Notes under the pieces: generated by a model
The model's input: only the letters and a program-made list of their open reading frames with translations
Database searches by the model: none
Told to the model about the DNA's origin: nothing
Made by a program: the position numbers and the translations under genes
Part shown: in pieces, positions 1 through 8,152 of the stretch
Layout: each line of letters starts with the position of its first letter
Position numbering within the stretch: position 1 is the first letter of the stretch
Source: a virus
Taxonomy: Duplodnaviria > Caudoviricetes
Direction: 5' to 3' (one strand)
DNA length: 64,000 nt
Virus record (IMG/VR): IMGVR_UViG_3300033122_000343

Positions 1-50
1 ACAGCATCAGTAATTATTTTTGATGCAAAAGGAAGTAGAAATGAAAACAT
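1..50 (-). CDS. 5' end of small conserved cyanophage hypothetical protein (runs off window; MFSFLLPFASKIITDA...)
   Basis: ATG at 50 read manually, just downstream of the 577-aa ORF; frame open to window edge. Confidence 0.6.
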   Translation of the reverse strand, partial: MFSFLLPFASKIITDA

Positions 51-81
51 AATCTTTAATCTATACCCTTTATATAGGTAG

Positions 82-1815
82 TTAACTGCCTAATCCTCTT
101 CCTTGTTTCATATTCTTTTCACTGCCGTATCGTGAGACTACATTTGCATAATCTTGAGTTGATTTATATCCTGCTTTCTTCGCTCTGTCTGCAAATGCTT
201 TACTGCTTGCTGCTTGGTCTTTTTTCTTCATCATCATCTGTGTCATTTTCCCAGTTCCCACAGTGCTTTTTGCACCCTTCACCTTTTTAGGTTGATTAGC
301 ACCCATGCGTTGACTACCGTATTTTTTCATGACAGATTGGAGTGCAAGATTATTTTTTGCAGTTCCACCTTTTTCTATTTTTTTATTTGTTTTTGTGTCA
401 ATTCCTTTTTCTTTTTCGTAACGATTTAATTCACTTAGGTAATCAGAAACTATTTTATCCATCATTTTTTCACCCATCATCTTAGGTTGTTTTGCCTTCT
501 TTAATGCTGCTGCCTTTTCATTAGGATTTTTATTACCCCTAGCAAGATTAATCATCTTTGCAGTTTTTTGTGCCTTTTTATGTTTTTCAGGATCAATTTT
601 AAACATTTCTGCCATGCCTCTCATGGGAGCAGGTTTAAGTAAATCAAAAACTTTAATCCTACCATCACCAAACTCAGCAGACATCTCCTCTTGTGGTGTC
701 ATTTTTTGCACATTTTTTTTATAACCACCAGTGCCTACAAGAGTATTTGGATGAATCTTATCTCTCATGGTTCTTTCCATTTTTTTCTCAGTGTATTCTT
801 TCAACCATGTTCCCTCTGTCATTTTGTCACCTTCATATGTTGACAAATTCTTTTTCTTTTCTTTTTTAGATATCTTAGGACCTCCTATTGGATCACCATA
901 CTTATCTTTTTTAATTTGTTCTTTGGCAAGATCCTTATGAAGTTCTCTGTATTGTGCTTTACTATCACCAGATCTTTTATTTGACTTGTCCATCTTAGTG
1001 GTTTTCTTATATCCACCCTTCTTTATATCAAATTTTTTTCTGTAAAAATCTTCTTTATATGATTGCACTCTAGTCTTACCAAGAATGTATTTTGGATCAT
1101 TCTTCATTGCTTTCTGTGCATCTGCCTCATCATTTTTATTTACATTTATAATTGTCTTCCCACCTTTCTTACTTTTAGTGTGTGCTATATTACCCATTTC
1201 TTCCTTTGGCACACAATTCGGAACCATTTTTCCACCTTTCTTTTTCATACCCACTTGCTTATGAGTATCCCAACAGGGATCTTTATCTTCTGTTTTTACG
1301 TCAGGATTAATTGTAATTTTATTTTTTACATTTTTAGGATCTATTTTATCATTATCTTTTTTATCAGGTTTTGCTGCTATCTCATCAATGAAACCAAGAT
1401 CATCTCTCCAGTCATAGTGTGATGATAGACTTCTGTTACTAGAATACATTTTTGACAACCCTCCTGTTGTTGCTTTTGCCACTTTACCCACTACCATTGC
1501 TGCTTTACCTGCTGCTGATGCTACTTTTTTAGTGGTTTGAACGGCAGTTTTAACTGGTTCTTTTTTTACTTTATCTTTAAACTTATCAATTTTTTTCTTC
1601 TGTAAATCTATCTTACTCTTTATATAAGATGGTTTTGGTTTTTTCTTAAACTGCGTAGATGGATCAGCAGCAGCACCAGAAGGTTTTCTTTCTGCTGCTC
1701 TTTTTGCTTTTTCTGCTTCTCTTTTATCAATATCGGCTTTGACTTTTGCAATTTTTGCTTCTCGATCTGCCGAACTTTGAGATTTACTTGTTGTTATTCT
1801 TGCTTCACTTATCAT
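82..1815 (-). CDS. Lys-rich modular hypothetical protein, putative internal head (poly)protein
   Basis: 577-aa ORF; basic modules separated by hydrophobic-X-E linkers; contains CW..PNCV module shared with next ORF. Confidence 0.7.
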   Translation of the reverse strand: MISEARITTSKSQSSADREAKIAKVKADIDKREAEKAKRAAERKPSGAAADPSTQFKKKPKPSYIKSKIDLQKKKIDKFKDKVKKEPVKTAVQTTKKVASAAGKAAMVVGKVAKATTGGLSKMYSSNRSLSSHYDWRDDLGFIDEIAAKPDKKDNDKIDPKNVKNKITINPDVKTEDKDPCWDTHKQVGMKKKGGKMVPNCVPKEEMGNIAHTKSKKGGKTIINVNKNDEADAQKAMKNDPKYILGKTRVQSYKEDFYRKKFDIKKGGYKKTTKMDKSNKRSGDSKAQYRELHKDLAKEQIKKDKYGDPIGGPKISKKEKKKNLSTYEGDKMTEGTWLKEYTEKKMERTMRDKIHPNTLVGTGGYKKNVQKMTPQEEMSAEFGDGRIKVFDLLKPAPMRGMAEMFKIDPEKHKKAQKTAKMINLARGNKNPNEKAAALKKAKQPKMMGEKMMDKIVSDYLSELNRYEKEKGIDTKTNKKIEKGGTAKNNLALQSVMKKYGSQRMGANQPKKVKGAKSTVGTGKMTQMMMKKKDQAASSKAFADRAKKAGYKSTQDYANVVSRYGSEKNMKQGRGLGS

Positions 1816-3106
1816 TTTTCATGTGGTCGGCAGCTTTGTACATGGGTTTGCCTGTAATTTTACTTTTCATTCCCTTTATATAATTTTGATAGGCAGGTGT
1901 GTTACCTTTCTTATCAGCATTTGTAACTGTCATTGCCTCATCAATGTCTTCAACTGCTTCTTTCATACCTTTAACTTTTTTTACACCTCTTTTTTCAGCC
2001 GTTTCTCTCCCTCTTTCAGCAGAAAAATACTCAGTAGATCCTCCTGGCGATGACATCGGATTATATTTGTTACCTCTCTTATATGGCACATCAATACCAC
2101 TATCTTTCTTACCAAATTTTCTTTTGTTTCTTGCTTCTGCTCTTTCTTTAGCACCACCAAAAAACGGACCTGATGGTAATCGTTTATCTACCTTTGCTTC
2201 ATCAATCTCATCAATCTCTTCAACTTCCTCTTTCTTCACACAGTTTGGATATCTCTTACCAAACATCGTTTTCATTCCTTTCTTTTCATAACCCTTCCAG
2301 CACTTTTCATAGATGATTTCAAGTATATCATCCATTACTTCCTCTTCTAATTCCTGCTCTACAAACATATCCATGAATAGACCAAATGGTTCCATTTCTT
2401 CTATTACTGGTTCTACATCCTCTTTTGCCATCTTCCCACCTGCCATCTCCATACCCTTCAGTCTTTTGTTGACTTGCTTGAGTTTGATGTCCTTTGCTTT
2501 CTTGGGTATACCAGATCCATGTTGTGTTGCCATCATGTTTCCTCTGGTTTCTTTACTTGCCTTCTTTACATAACTACCCATAGTCTCTTTACTTAATTCA
2601 GATATATCTTCTACATCCTCATTTCTGAGTTGTGCAGCAGGAGTTTTCATCTTACTAAATCTTTCTTTTTCCTTTGCAGTAGATATAGTGCTAACAATCT
2701 TTGAAGATCTATCCTGTGCCTTACTACCTTCTTTACTATCAAGTCCTTTGCTAAGTGCATCACGACTTAGATTACCAGCTTTACGATACATCTTTGTTGT
2801 TGGAAGTTCTTTCTTCTCCTCTTCCATTTTCTTTTTCTTGGCAACCATCATATCTTCTTGTCTTTTTTTCTTCGCCATGGCAATCGCTGCTTGTTGTGCA
2901 GGATTTGATGAGTGCATAGACTCTTTCTTCATCTCCTGTTTAGGATTTTTACCCATCGCTTTCTTTATAGCTTTATCTCTTGAACCCATATATTCCTGAG
3001 TTCCAGTTTCTATCTTACCGTCACCATCGTAATCTTTCTTTGCCATTTTCTCTTGCAAAAAAGGTTCTCTGATGTCTTTATAAACTTCTGTCCAAGGATT
3101 ACTCAT
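1805..3106 (-). CDS. Lys/Glu-rich modular hypothetical protein, putative internal head (poly)protein
   Basis: 433-aa ORF; DYDGDG module, CWKGY..PNCV module; late promoter CTAAATA at 3130-3136. Confidence 0.75.
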   Translation of the reverse strand: MSNPWTEVYKDIREPFLQEKMAKKDYDGDGKIETGTQEYMGSRDKAIKKAMGKNPKQEMKKESMHSSNPAQQAAIAMAKKKRQEDMMVAKKKKMEEEKKELPTTKMYRKAGNLSRDALSKGLDSKEGSKAQDRSSKIVSTISTAKEKERFSKMKTPAAQLRNEDVEDISELSKETMGSYVKKASKETRGNMMATQHGSGIPKKAKDIKLKQVNKRLKGMEMAGGKMAKEDVEPVIEEMEPFGLFMDMFVEQELEEEVMDDILEIIYEKCWKGYEKKGMKTMFGKRYPNCVKKEEVEEIDEIDEAKVDKRLPSGPFFGGAKERAEARNKRKFGKKDSGIDVPYKRGNKYNPMSSPGGSTEYFSAERGRETAEKRGVKKVKGMKEAVEDIDEAMTVTNADKKGNTPAYQNYIKGMKSKITGKPMYKAADHMKNDK

Positions 3107-3129
3107 GGTTTTCTATATCTTATACACTA

Positions 3130-3136
3130 TATTTAG
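3130..3136 (-). promoter_or_regulatory. T4-type late promoter (CTAAATA)
   Basis: Matches cyanophage gp55-dependent [CA]TAAATA, 24 nt upstream of ATG at 3106. Confidence 0.7.
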
Positions 3137-3999
3137 ACAACTATTGGTCTAGAATCAGTGACCCACGTTCTAAATACATGACCTTGCTCGTCTAGACATA
3201 TCAAATGATTTGCTCCTCTTCTTATAATTTTACCAATTCCATGAGAAGAATTAACAAAATCACCTTCGTTAAAAATATCTCCTGAAATATATTGTTCTCT
3301 TACTGATCTTTCATCTACTGGGTATACCATCATAGAGGAGAAGTTATATAATGACCCGTTCTGTTCCTGTGATAATTTTTGTATCTCTTCAGCTCTGGAC
3401 TTTCGCACGACAATTTTGACATTATCATATCCACTATTATTAACTGATTGAAGCACATCATAAATTGTCTCAGCATTTTTATCGTCTATAATATATTCCG
3501 CCAACTCTGGATTTTCTTCTTGTAATTTTTTTATATCTGCATCTCTACTGGGAAAAATATAAAACTGTCCATCACCTTGTTCTTTGACTGCTGCTAATAC
3601 ATTATCTCCAATTTCATCATCATCAAATTTATCAAATGCAATAGTGAGTGGAGGTTTTTCTGCAACCTGTGTTTGTTGTTGAGATCCTGCTAATCTTGTA
3701 TTTGATCTTGATTGATCTTGCCCATAACCTATAACTCTACTTGGCGTTCTAGCAACTGTTCCTCTTGATTTAGATCCAAATTGTGATGCTGTAGATCCTA
3801 CATTATCTTTATCATCATCGGGTGAACCATCTTTACCACCGCCAAACATTTTTAGTTCGCCGTCAATAGTTTTTGCTTTTAAATTACCCTTCTTATCATA
3901 CCAGTCTCCGTGACCGTTTCCGACCAAACCTAAACGCTTCGCTTCTTGCGATGCTTTGGTTTCTCTTGCTTCTGTAATGAATTGACTGAAAGACTTCAC
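3133..3999 (-). CDS. Cyanophage cytidylyltransferase-like protein with N-terminal capsid-targeting-like sequence; catalytic motif appears degenerate
   Basis: GTG start MKSFSQFITEA; GLVGNGHGDWYD N-domain; LTIAF..F, FYIFPSR, TIYDVL..GYDNVKIVV, REQY..G.IF..GD.V and GKIIRRGANHLIC segments typical of this cyanophage family. Confidence 0.7.
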   Translation of the reverse strand: MKSFSQFITEARETKASQEAKRLGLVGNGHGDWYDKKGNLKAKTIDGELKMFGGGKDGSPDDDKDNVGSTASQFGSKSRGTVARTPSRVIGYGQDQSRSNTRLAGSQQQTQVAEKPPLTIAFDKFDDDEIGDNVLAAVKEQGDGQFYIFPSRDADIKKLQEENPELAEYIIDDKNAETIYDVLQSVNNSGYDNVKIVVRKSRAEEIQKLSQEQNGSLYNFSSMMVYPVDERSVREQYISGDIFNEGDFVNSSHGIGKIIRRGANHLICLDEQGHVFRTWVTDSRPIVV

Positions 4000-4201
4000 G
4001 AATACGTTTATAGACCTGTGATTGTTTTTGACGGATTAAATTTAGTAATATTTTTTTCAGATAAAAGTATTTAGGGTCATCCTGTTTGACGTTAGACAAT
4101 ACAAACGCTGTGAACAAAGGTATCTCTTCACGAAGAGGATGTATTTTATTAATCTCTTTTACATATGTATTGATAATTTTATCGAGGAATTCCTCTATCA
4201 T
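3896..4201 (-). CDS. hypothetical protein
   Basis: 101-aa ORF, ATGA-coupled to upstream ORF; 3' end overlaps next gene by 104 nt. Confidence 0.55.
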   Translation of the reverse strand: MIEEFLDKIINTYVKEINKIHPLREEIPLFTAFVLSNVKQDDPKYFYLKKILLNLIRQKQSQVYKRIREVFQSIHYRSKRNQSIARSEAFRFGRKRSRRLV

Positions 4202-4410
4202 TTTAAGTAAGTGTGTATCATCTCTTTTTGCTCATGCCATTTAGCAACTTGACATAATTCTTTTTCTATTGTCTCAATCATATCAGGATGTTCTGCAACA
4301 CCAACACCATTACTCATAAGTATTTTTATATTTGTCACATGCTTTTGAATATTACCATCTGCATGTGCAAGTAATGTGTTTACTATTTGACTTGAATGAT
4401 CGATTGCCAT
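4198..4410 (-). CDS. conserved cyanophage hypothetical protein
   Basis: 70-aa ORF (LLAHA.G.I.KH..N....GVGVAEHPD); late promoter CTAAATA at 4424-4430. Confidence 0.75.
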   Translation of the reverse strand: MAIDHSSQIVNTLLAHADGNIQKHVTNIKILMSNGVGVAEHPDMIETIEKELCQVAKWHEQKEMIHTYLK

Positions 4411-4436
4411 AATGTTTTATTTTTATTTAGTTTGAA

Positions 4437-4838
4437 TTACCTATCATCTGACTTTCTATTTTCAGAATAAAACTCTGAGAAATGTCCCTCTGGAAATCTT
4501 TTTTCTAATTTTTGAATATTTTTATCAGTGATCTCTTCAAGAGATACGCCAAGTGCCATGCATGCTTGTGCAACGTACCACATCACATCTCCTAATTCTA
4601 TTTTTAAATGTTCAATATTATCTTCATTTGCAGGTTTACCCTGAAAGATCATCTTCTTTACGATCTCTGCAAATTCGCCACCTTCAGCACTGATTCCTAT
4701 AGCAGCAGTCAACAACCTCTCAATCTTAATATCGTAACTTAATTCTTGTAATCTGTATATAAACGGTTCCATTTCTTTTGATGGTTTGCTTGTCACTTCA
4801 TCAACAAACTTTGAATACTTATCAAAACTTGAATTCAC
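4437..4838 (-). CDS. mazG: MazG-family nucleotide pyrophosphohydrolase
   Basis: GISAEGGEFAEIVKK..FQGKP and ELGDVMWYVAQAC motifs; GTG start at 4838 preceded by AGGAG (ORF track start 4871 probably too long); follows gp41 as in cyanophages. Confidence 0.9.
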   Translation of the reverse strand: MNSSFDKYSKFVDEVTSKPSKEMEPFIYRLQELSYDIKIERLLTAAIGISAEGGEFAEIVKKMIFQGKPANEDNIEHLKIELGDVMWYVAQACMALGVSLEEITDKNIQKLEKRFPEGHFSEFYSENRKSDDR

Positions 4839-6201
4839 TAAATTTCTCCTTCGTTTTATCTGCTTTATCATTGTAATTCACATCATCTTTGTCGTCAACG
4901 ATATCATCTTGAGCATTTTGTTCACAATCATAAAGTCTCATTTTAGGTCTGTCTATACCAACTACAAATCTCCTGTTAAATGTAGGATCATTATATCTGT
5001 TCTTTAATTGTTTGACCATTATTTGCCCTAGTTGTTCCAACTCTTCACTAGAAACCAAAGCAAACATGAGGTCGGCAGTAGCAGGTAGACCAAAAGATTC
5101 ACTTGTATCAGTAAGGTTGGGATCTGAAGAAGTAAAACCACTACGAGTAGTTTGTGTAGCAGAAACAATCGGAACATCAAATTCAACTGCTAGTCCTCTA
5201 AGTTCTTCTGCAATTGCTTTGACGTAAGAATACGAGTTGACGTTTACTGCTGACCTATAACGTGATGATGCACATATGTTCAAATAATCTATGAATATTA
5301 TCTCAGGTTTAAAAGTCTTTTTTAGTTTTAATTCATTTAACAACGCTCTAAAATGACCCACATGTGCAGATGCAGTGGGGTATTCTTTTATTACTAATTT
5401 ACCATTAGTTTTATCTTGTAACGTATTAATTTTTTTGAAGTATGTAGATCTAGGTAAATCTACAATTTCTCTAATATTAACATTCAATAAATTTGCATCA
5501 ATTCTCTCTGCTATTTTTTCCTCTGCCATCTCCATGGTGATATATAAAACATTTTTTCCCTGAGTCAAAACACTAGATGCCATATGACACATGAATAAAC
5601 TTTTACCTACACCTGTTCCTGCCAAAGCAATATTTAATGTTTTATTTGAAACACCTCCAGCAGTTATCTTATTGAACATTTCAAGATCAAAAGATATCTT
5701 ACTTTCTCTACGATGATAATATTCAAAACGTTCTTGATAATCATCAATATAATCGTGTCCAACATGTTGATCAAAACCAACTGCCAATGCCTCTTGAAGT
5801 ATTGAGGGTATGGCATCTGCTGATTTCTTTTCATCCTGCCCATCTGCAATTTGTATACTCTTCATCAACGCTAAGTATATTGCACGTTCCTTACAAAATT
5901 TTTCAGTAATATCCTCCAACCAATCTTGTTTTGAATCAGATGGTTCGAGAACATTTACAAGATCTTGAACTAGTTTAAATTCATCTTGTGTTAAATCACT
6001 TCTGTCTTCTGATTCTATGAATAACACTTCCTTTGTTGGAAGTGCATCATACTTTGTTATATGTTTGCAAATCTCTTCAAATACTACACGATCAGTTTTT
6101 TCTTCAAAATATTCTGGTTGAATGAAAGGTAAAACTTTTCTATTGTAGTCTTCTTTATGAAGCAGATTCCTGAGTATTGTCAGAGGAATCCTCTCCGCCA
6201 T
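4822..6201 (-). CDS. gp41: Replicative DNA helicase (DnaB-like)
   Basis: Walker A AGTGVGKS, YITMEMAEE, IFIDYLNIC, SATQTTR, KQLKNRY. Confidence 0.97.
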   Translation of the reverse strand: MAERIPLTILRNLLHKEDYNRKVLPFIQPEYFEEKTDRVVFEEICKHITKYDALPTKEVLFIESEDRSDLTQDEFKLVQDLVNVLEPSDSKQDWLEDITEKFCKERAIYLALMKSIQIADGQDEKKSADAIPSILQEALAVGFDQHVGHDYIDDYQERFEYYHRRESKISFDLEMFNKITAGGVSNKTLNIALAGTGVGKSLFMCHMASSVLTQGKNVLYITMEMAEEKIAERIDANLLNVNIREIVDLPRSTYFKKINTLQDKTNGKLVIKEYPTASAHVGHFRALLNELKLKKTFKPEIIFIDYLNICASSRYRSAVNVNSYSYVKAIAEELRGLAVEFDVPIVSATQTTRSGFTSSDPNLTDTSESFGLPATADLMFALVSSEELEQLGQIMVKQLKNRYNDPTFNRRFVVGIDRPKMRLYDCEQNAQDDIVDDKDDVNYNDKADKTKEKFSEFKF

Positions 6202-7195
6202 ATGTAAACTCCTTTAATGCTGCTTGATCGAGTTTCCTCATTATATCATCAGTAAAATATTTGTCAGGGTTAGTATAAACTTCCTTCGCAAATACTTTTT
6301 TACCGTCTATTTCATATCTTGTAGAAACTTTTTTAAATATACCTGCACGTTCTGCTAAATCAAGTAAACCATAATACTTATCCAACCCTCTTTCATCATA
6401 GAACAAACGTATTTTTACTTCTTTATTTTCCTTACTTAAACGTGACTTATGAGTCTTTGCTTTGATAACTGTTCCAACGATCTCACTCCCGTCTTTTTCT
6501 TTCGCTTTTGAAAGATAGACGATAGTGGATGCAGCATATTTGAGACCAGAACCGCCACCCATTTCTTTTGTTGGTATATACGATCCGATGACATCATAGG
6601 TATGGTTGGTTACGATTAATGGAATTTTAGCTTGACCGAGTTTTAGTGTCAACATTCTGAAAGTACCCTTGACCAATTGTGATTTGGTCATGTCTCTAAT
6701 TTGTTTATCATCTAAAACATCTTTTATTTCTTTCTCAGTAGAAAGCATCCCCAAAGAATCAAGAACGAACATTAAGGGTTTACGTTCGTTTTCAGGTAGT
6801 TGTAAATATTTATCAACTACCTTCAATGCACGATTACGAAATTGCTCTACAGTAACAACGCTTATAACACCTATTCGTTCAAGATCAAGACCACGACTTA
6901 CTAATAAATCTTTAGTTATGGCAGATTCAGTATCAAAATACATGACACCACCATCAGGATTGTTTTTTAAAAAGTTTTTAACTACTGCGAGGGAGAAGTA
7001 GGTTTTACCTGTACTGGTTTCTCCTGCGATGGCGGTGATTTTATTTCTAGAAACGCCACCAAAGATGCTACCACTAACCAAGGCATTAAAAATAAAACTA
7101 CCCGTGTCAATGTATTGTTCTGTGTTGTCGATTTGCGAGGCAATCTGGGAGTAATCATCGTCAATTTCCTTTAATACGTCTTTTAAAAAATCCAT
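6155..7195 (-). CDS. uvsX: RecA-like recombinase
   Basis: GETSTGKT Walker A, YFDTESA, VLDSLGML, MGGGSGLKYAAS. Confidence 0.97.
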   Translation of the reverse strand: MDFLKDVLKEIDDDYSQIASQIDNTEQYIDTGSFIFNALVSGSIFGGVSRNKITAIAGETSTGKTYFSLAVVKNFLKNNPDGGVMYFDTESAITKDLLVSRGLDLERIGVISVVTVEQFRNRALKVVDKYLQLPENERKPLMFVLDSLGMLSTEKEIKDVLDDKQIRDMTKSQLVKGTFRMLTLKLGQAKIPLIVTNHTYDVIGSYIPTKEMGGGSGLKYAASTIVYLSKAKEKDGSEIVGTVIKAKTHKSRLSKENKEVKIRLFYDERGLDKYYGLLDLAERAGIFKKVSTRYEIDGKKVFAKEVYTNPDKYFTDDIMRKLDQAALKEFTYGGEDSSDNTQESAS

Positions 7196-7199
7196 TCTA

Positions 7200-7658
7200 C
7201 TAGATACCTAATAATTTTCGTTGTCTTTCAAAGTAACCATGTAATATCCATGAACTACTATTCATTTTATCATGCCCACCAACCCCCCAAATAAATTGTA
7301 CACTGGGATCAGATTTATATTTTTCATATTCTGGAGTGTTAGAATCTCCTCTATCTCCACCATTACAAAAAATAACTTTGTCCGATATTTGTAAACATTT
7401 TGCTATGGCACCACAGGCAGTTTCATCACTATCATCCCATGATATAACAGCATCAACCATATTTAAATGTCTTATAATGTCTGCTCTTTCAGTCCAACAC
7501 TGAAAGTATTGTCCTTTTTTTCTTTTTAACCATGGATCCCCATTTAATCCAACCACAAGATAATCTGAATAATCTTTTGCCCTTTCAAAATACCTTATGT
7601 GTCCACTGTGTATTGGATCAAATCCTCCTGTAACCAAACTAATTTTATCAAAAAACAT
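7200..7658 (-). CDS. HxGH cytidylyltransferase (TagD/RfaE-domain-II-like)
   Basis: GGFDPIHSGH, LVVGLNGD, NGGDR, NSSS motifs. Confidence 0.88.
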   Translation of the reverse strand: MFFDKISLVTGGFDPIHSGHIRYFERAKDYSDYLVVGLNGDPWLKRKKGQYFQCWTERADIIRHLNMVDAVISWDDSDETACGAIAKCLQISDKVIFCNGGDRGDSNTPEYEKYKSDPSVQFIWGVGGHDKMNSSSWILHGYFERQRKLLGI

Positions 7659-7819
7659 TAGATTACCATTCCATGTTCTTCACGAAGAATTTTTTTATAA
7701 GGACCATTAGGATATTCATCTCTAACTTCCTGTACTAATTGTAATTTTCTTCTTAAATTAGAAGATGGAAGAGATTCAATAATAGAACTAAGTTCAAGAT
7801 CATTGATAGGTAAATCCAT
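7658..7819 (-). CDS. small conserved hypothetical protein (MDLPIND...)
   Basis: ATG at 7819 is the likely start (track start 7849 overlaps the terminator U-run); TAATG coupling to next gene. Confidence 0.65.
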   Translation of the reverse strand: MDLPINDLELSSIIESLPSSNLRRKLQLVQEVRDEYPNGPYKKILREEHGMVI

Positions 7820-7846
7820 TTTATTAAAAAATATAAGAATAAAATT

Positions 7847-7877
7847 CAAAAAAACATACGGTTGCTGCCAAACGTAT
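7847..7877 (-). terminator. putative intrinsic terminator after psbN
   Basis: Minus strand ATACG-T-TTG-GCAG-CAA-C-CGTAT stem followed by a GTTTTTT run. Confidence 0.55.
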
Positions 7878-7884
7878 TAAGAAT

Positions 7885-8106
7885 TTAATCATCATGATCA
7901 TCCCAAGGATCTGTTAAATTTTTATTATTAAAAAATGCTGTGTAAACACCCCAACTTGTAAATGTTATCAGCAATATTAAAATGATAGCAGCAAGTTGTC
8001 CTTGTGGTGGTAATCCTTCATATGTTCCATGAGGAATAATGGCATGTCCACACTTACCCCATGTGCCAGGTAAATGATATACAGGAGGACAAGATAAAAA
8101 AATCAT
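7885..8106 (-). CDS. psbN: PsbN (photosystem II assembly factor) with N-terminal extension
   Basis: Single TM helix then FTSWGVYTAF...LTDPWDDHDD, matching the PsbN C-terminal signature (L.DP[FW][ED][ED]H.D). Confidence 0.85.
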   Translation of the reverse strand: MIFLSCPPVYHLPGTWGKCGHAIIPHGTYEGLPPQGQLAAIILILLITFTSWGVYTAFFNNKNLTDPWDDHDD

Positions 8107-8123
8107 GCAACAGTTTTAAGTTT

Positions 8124-8152
8124 ATTATAGCATCAAACAAAAAAAGATTCAA
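8124..8152 (-). promoter_or_regulatory. sigma70-type promoter for psbN
   Basis: TTGAAT(8147-8152)-17 nt-TATAAT(8124-8129) with extended -10 TG. Confidence 0.7.

Noticed and set aside
3896-3999. 104-nt overlap between the 101-aa ORF and the cytidylyltransferase-like gene as possible recoding
   Set aside because: No slippery site or structure seen; most simply a stop-loss extension or single-base indel
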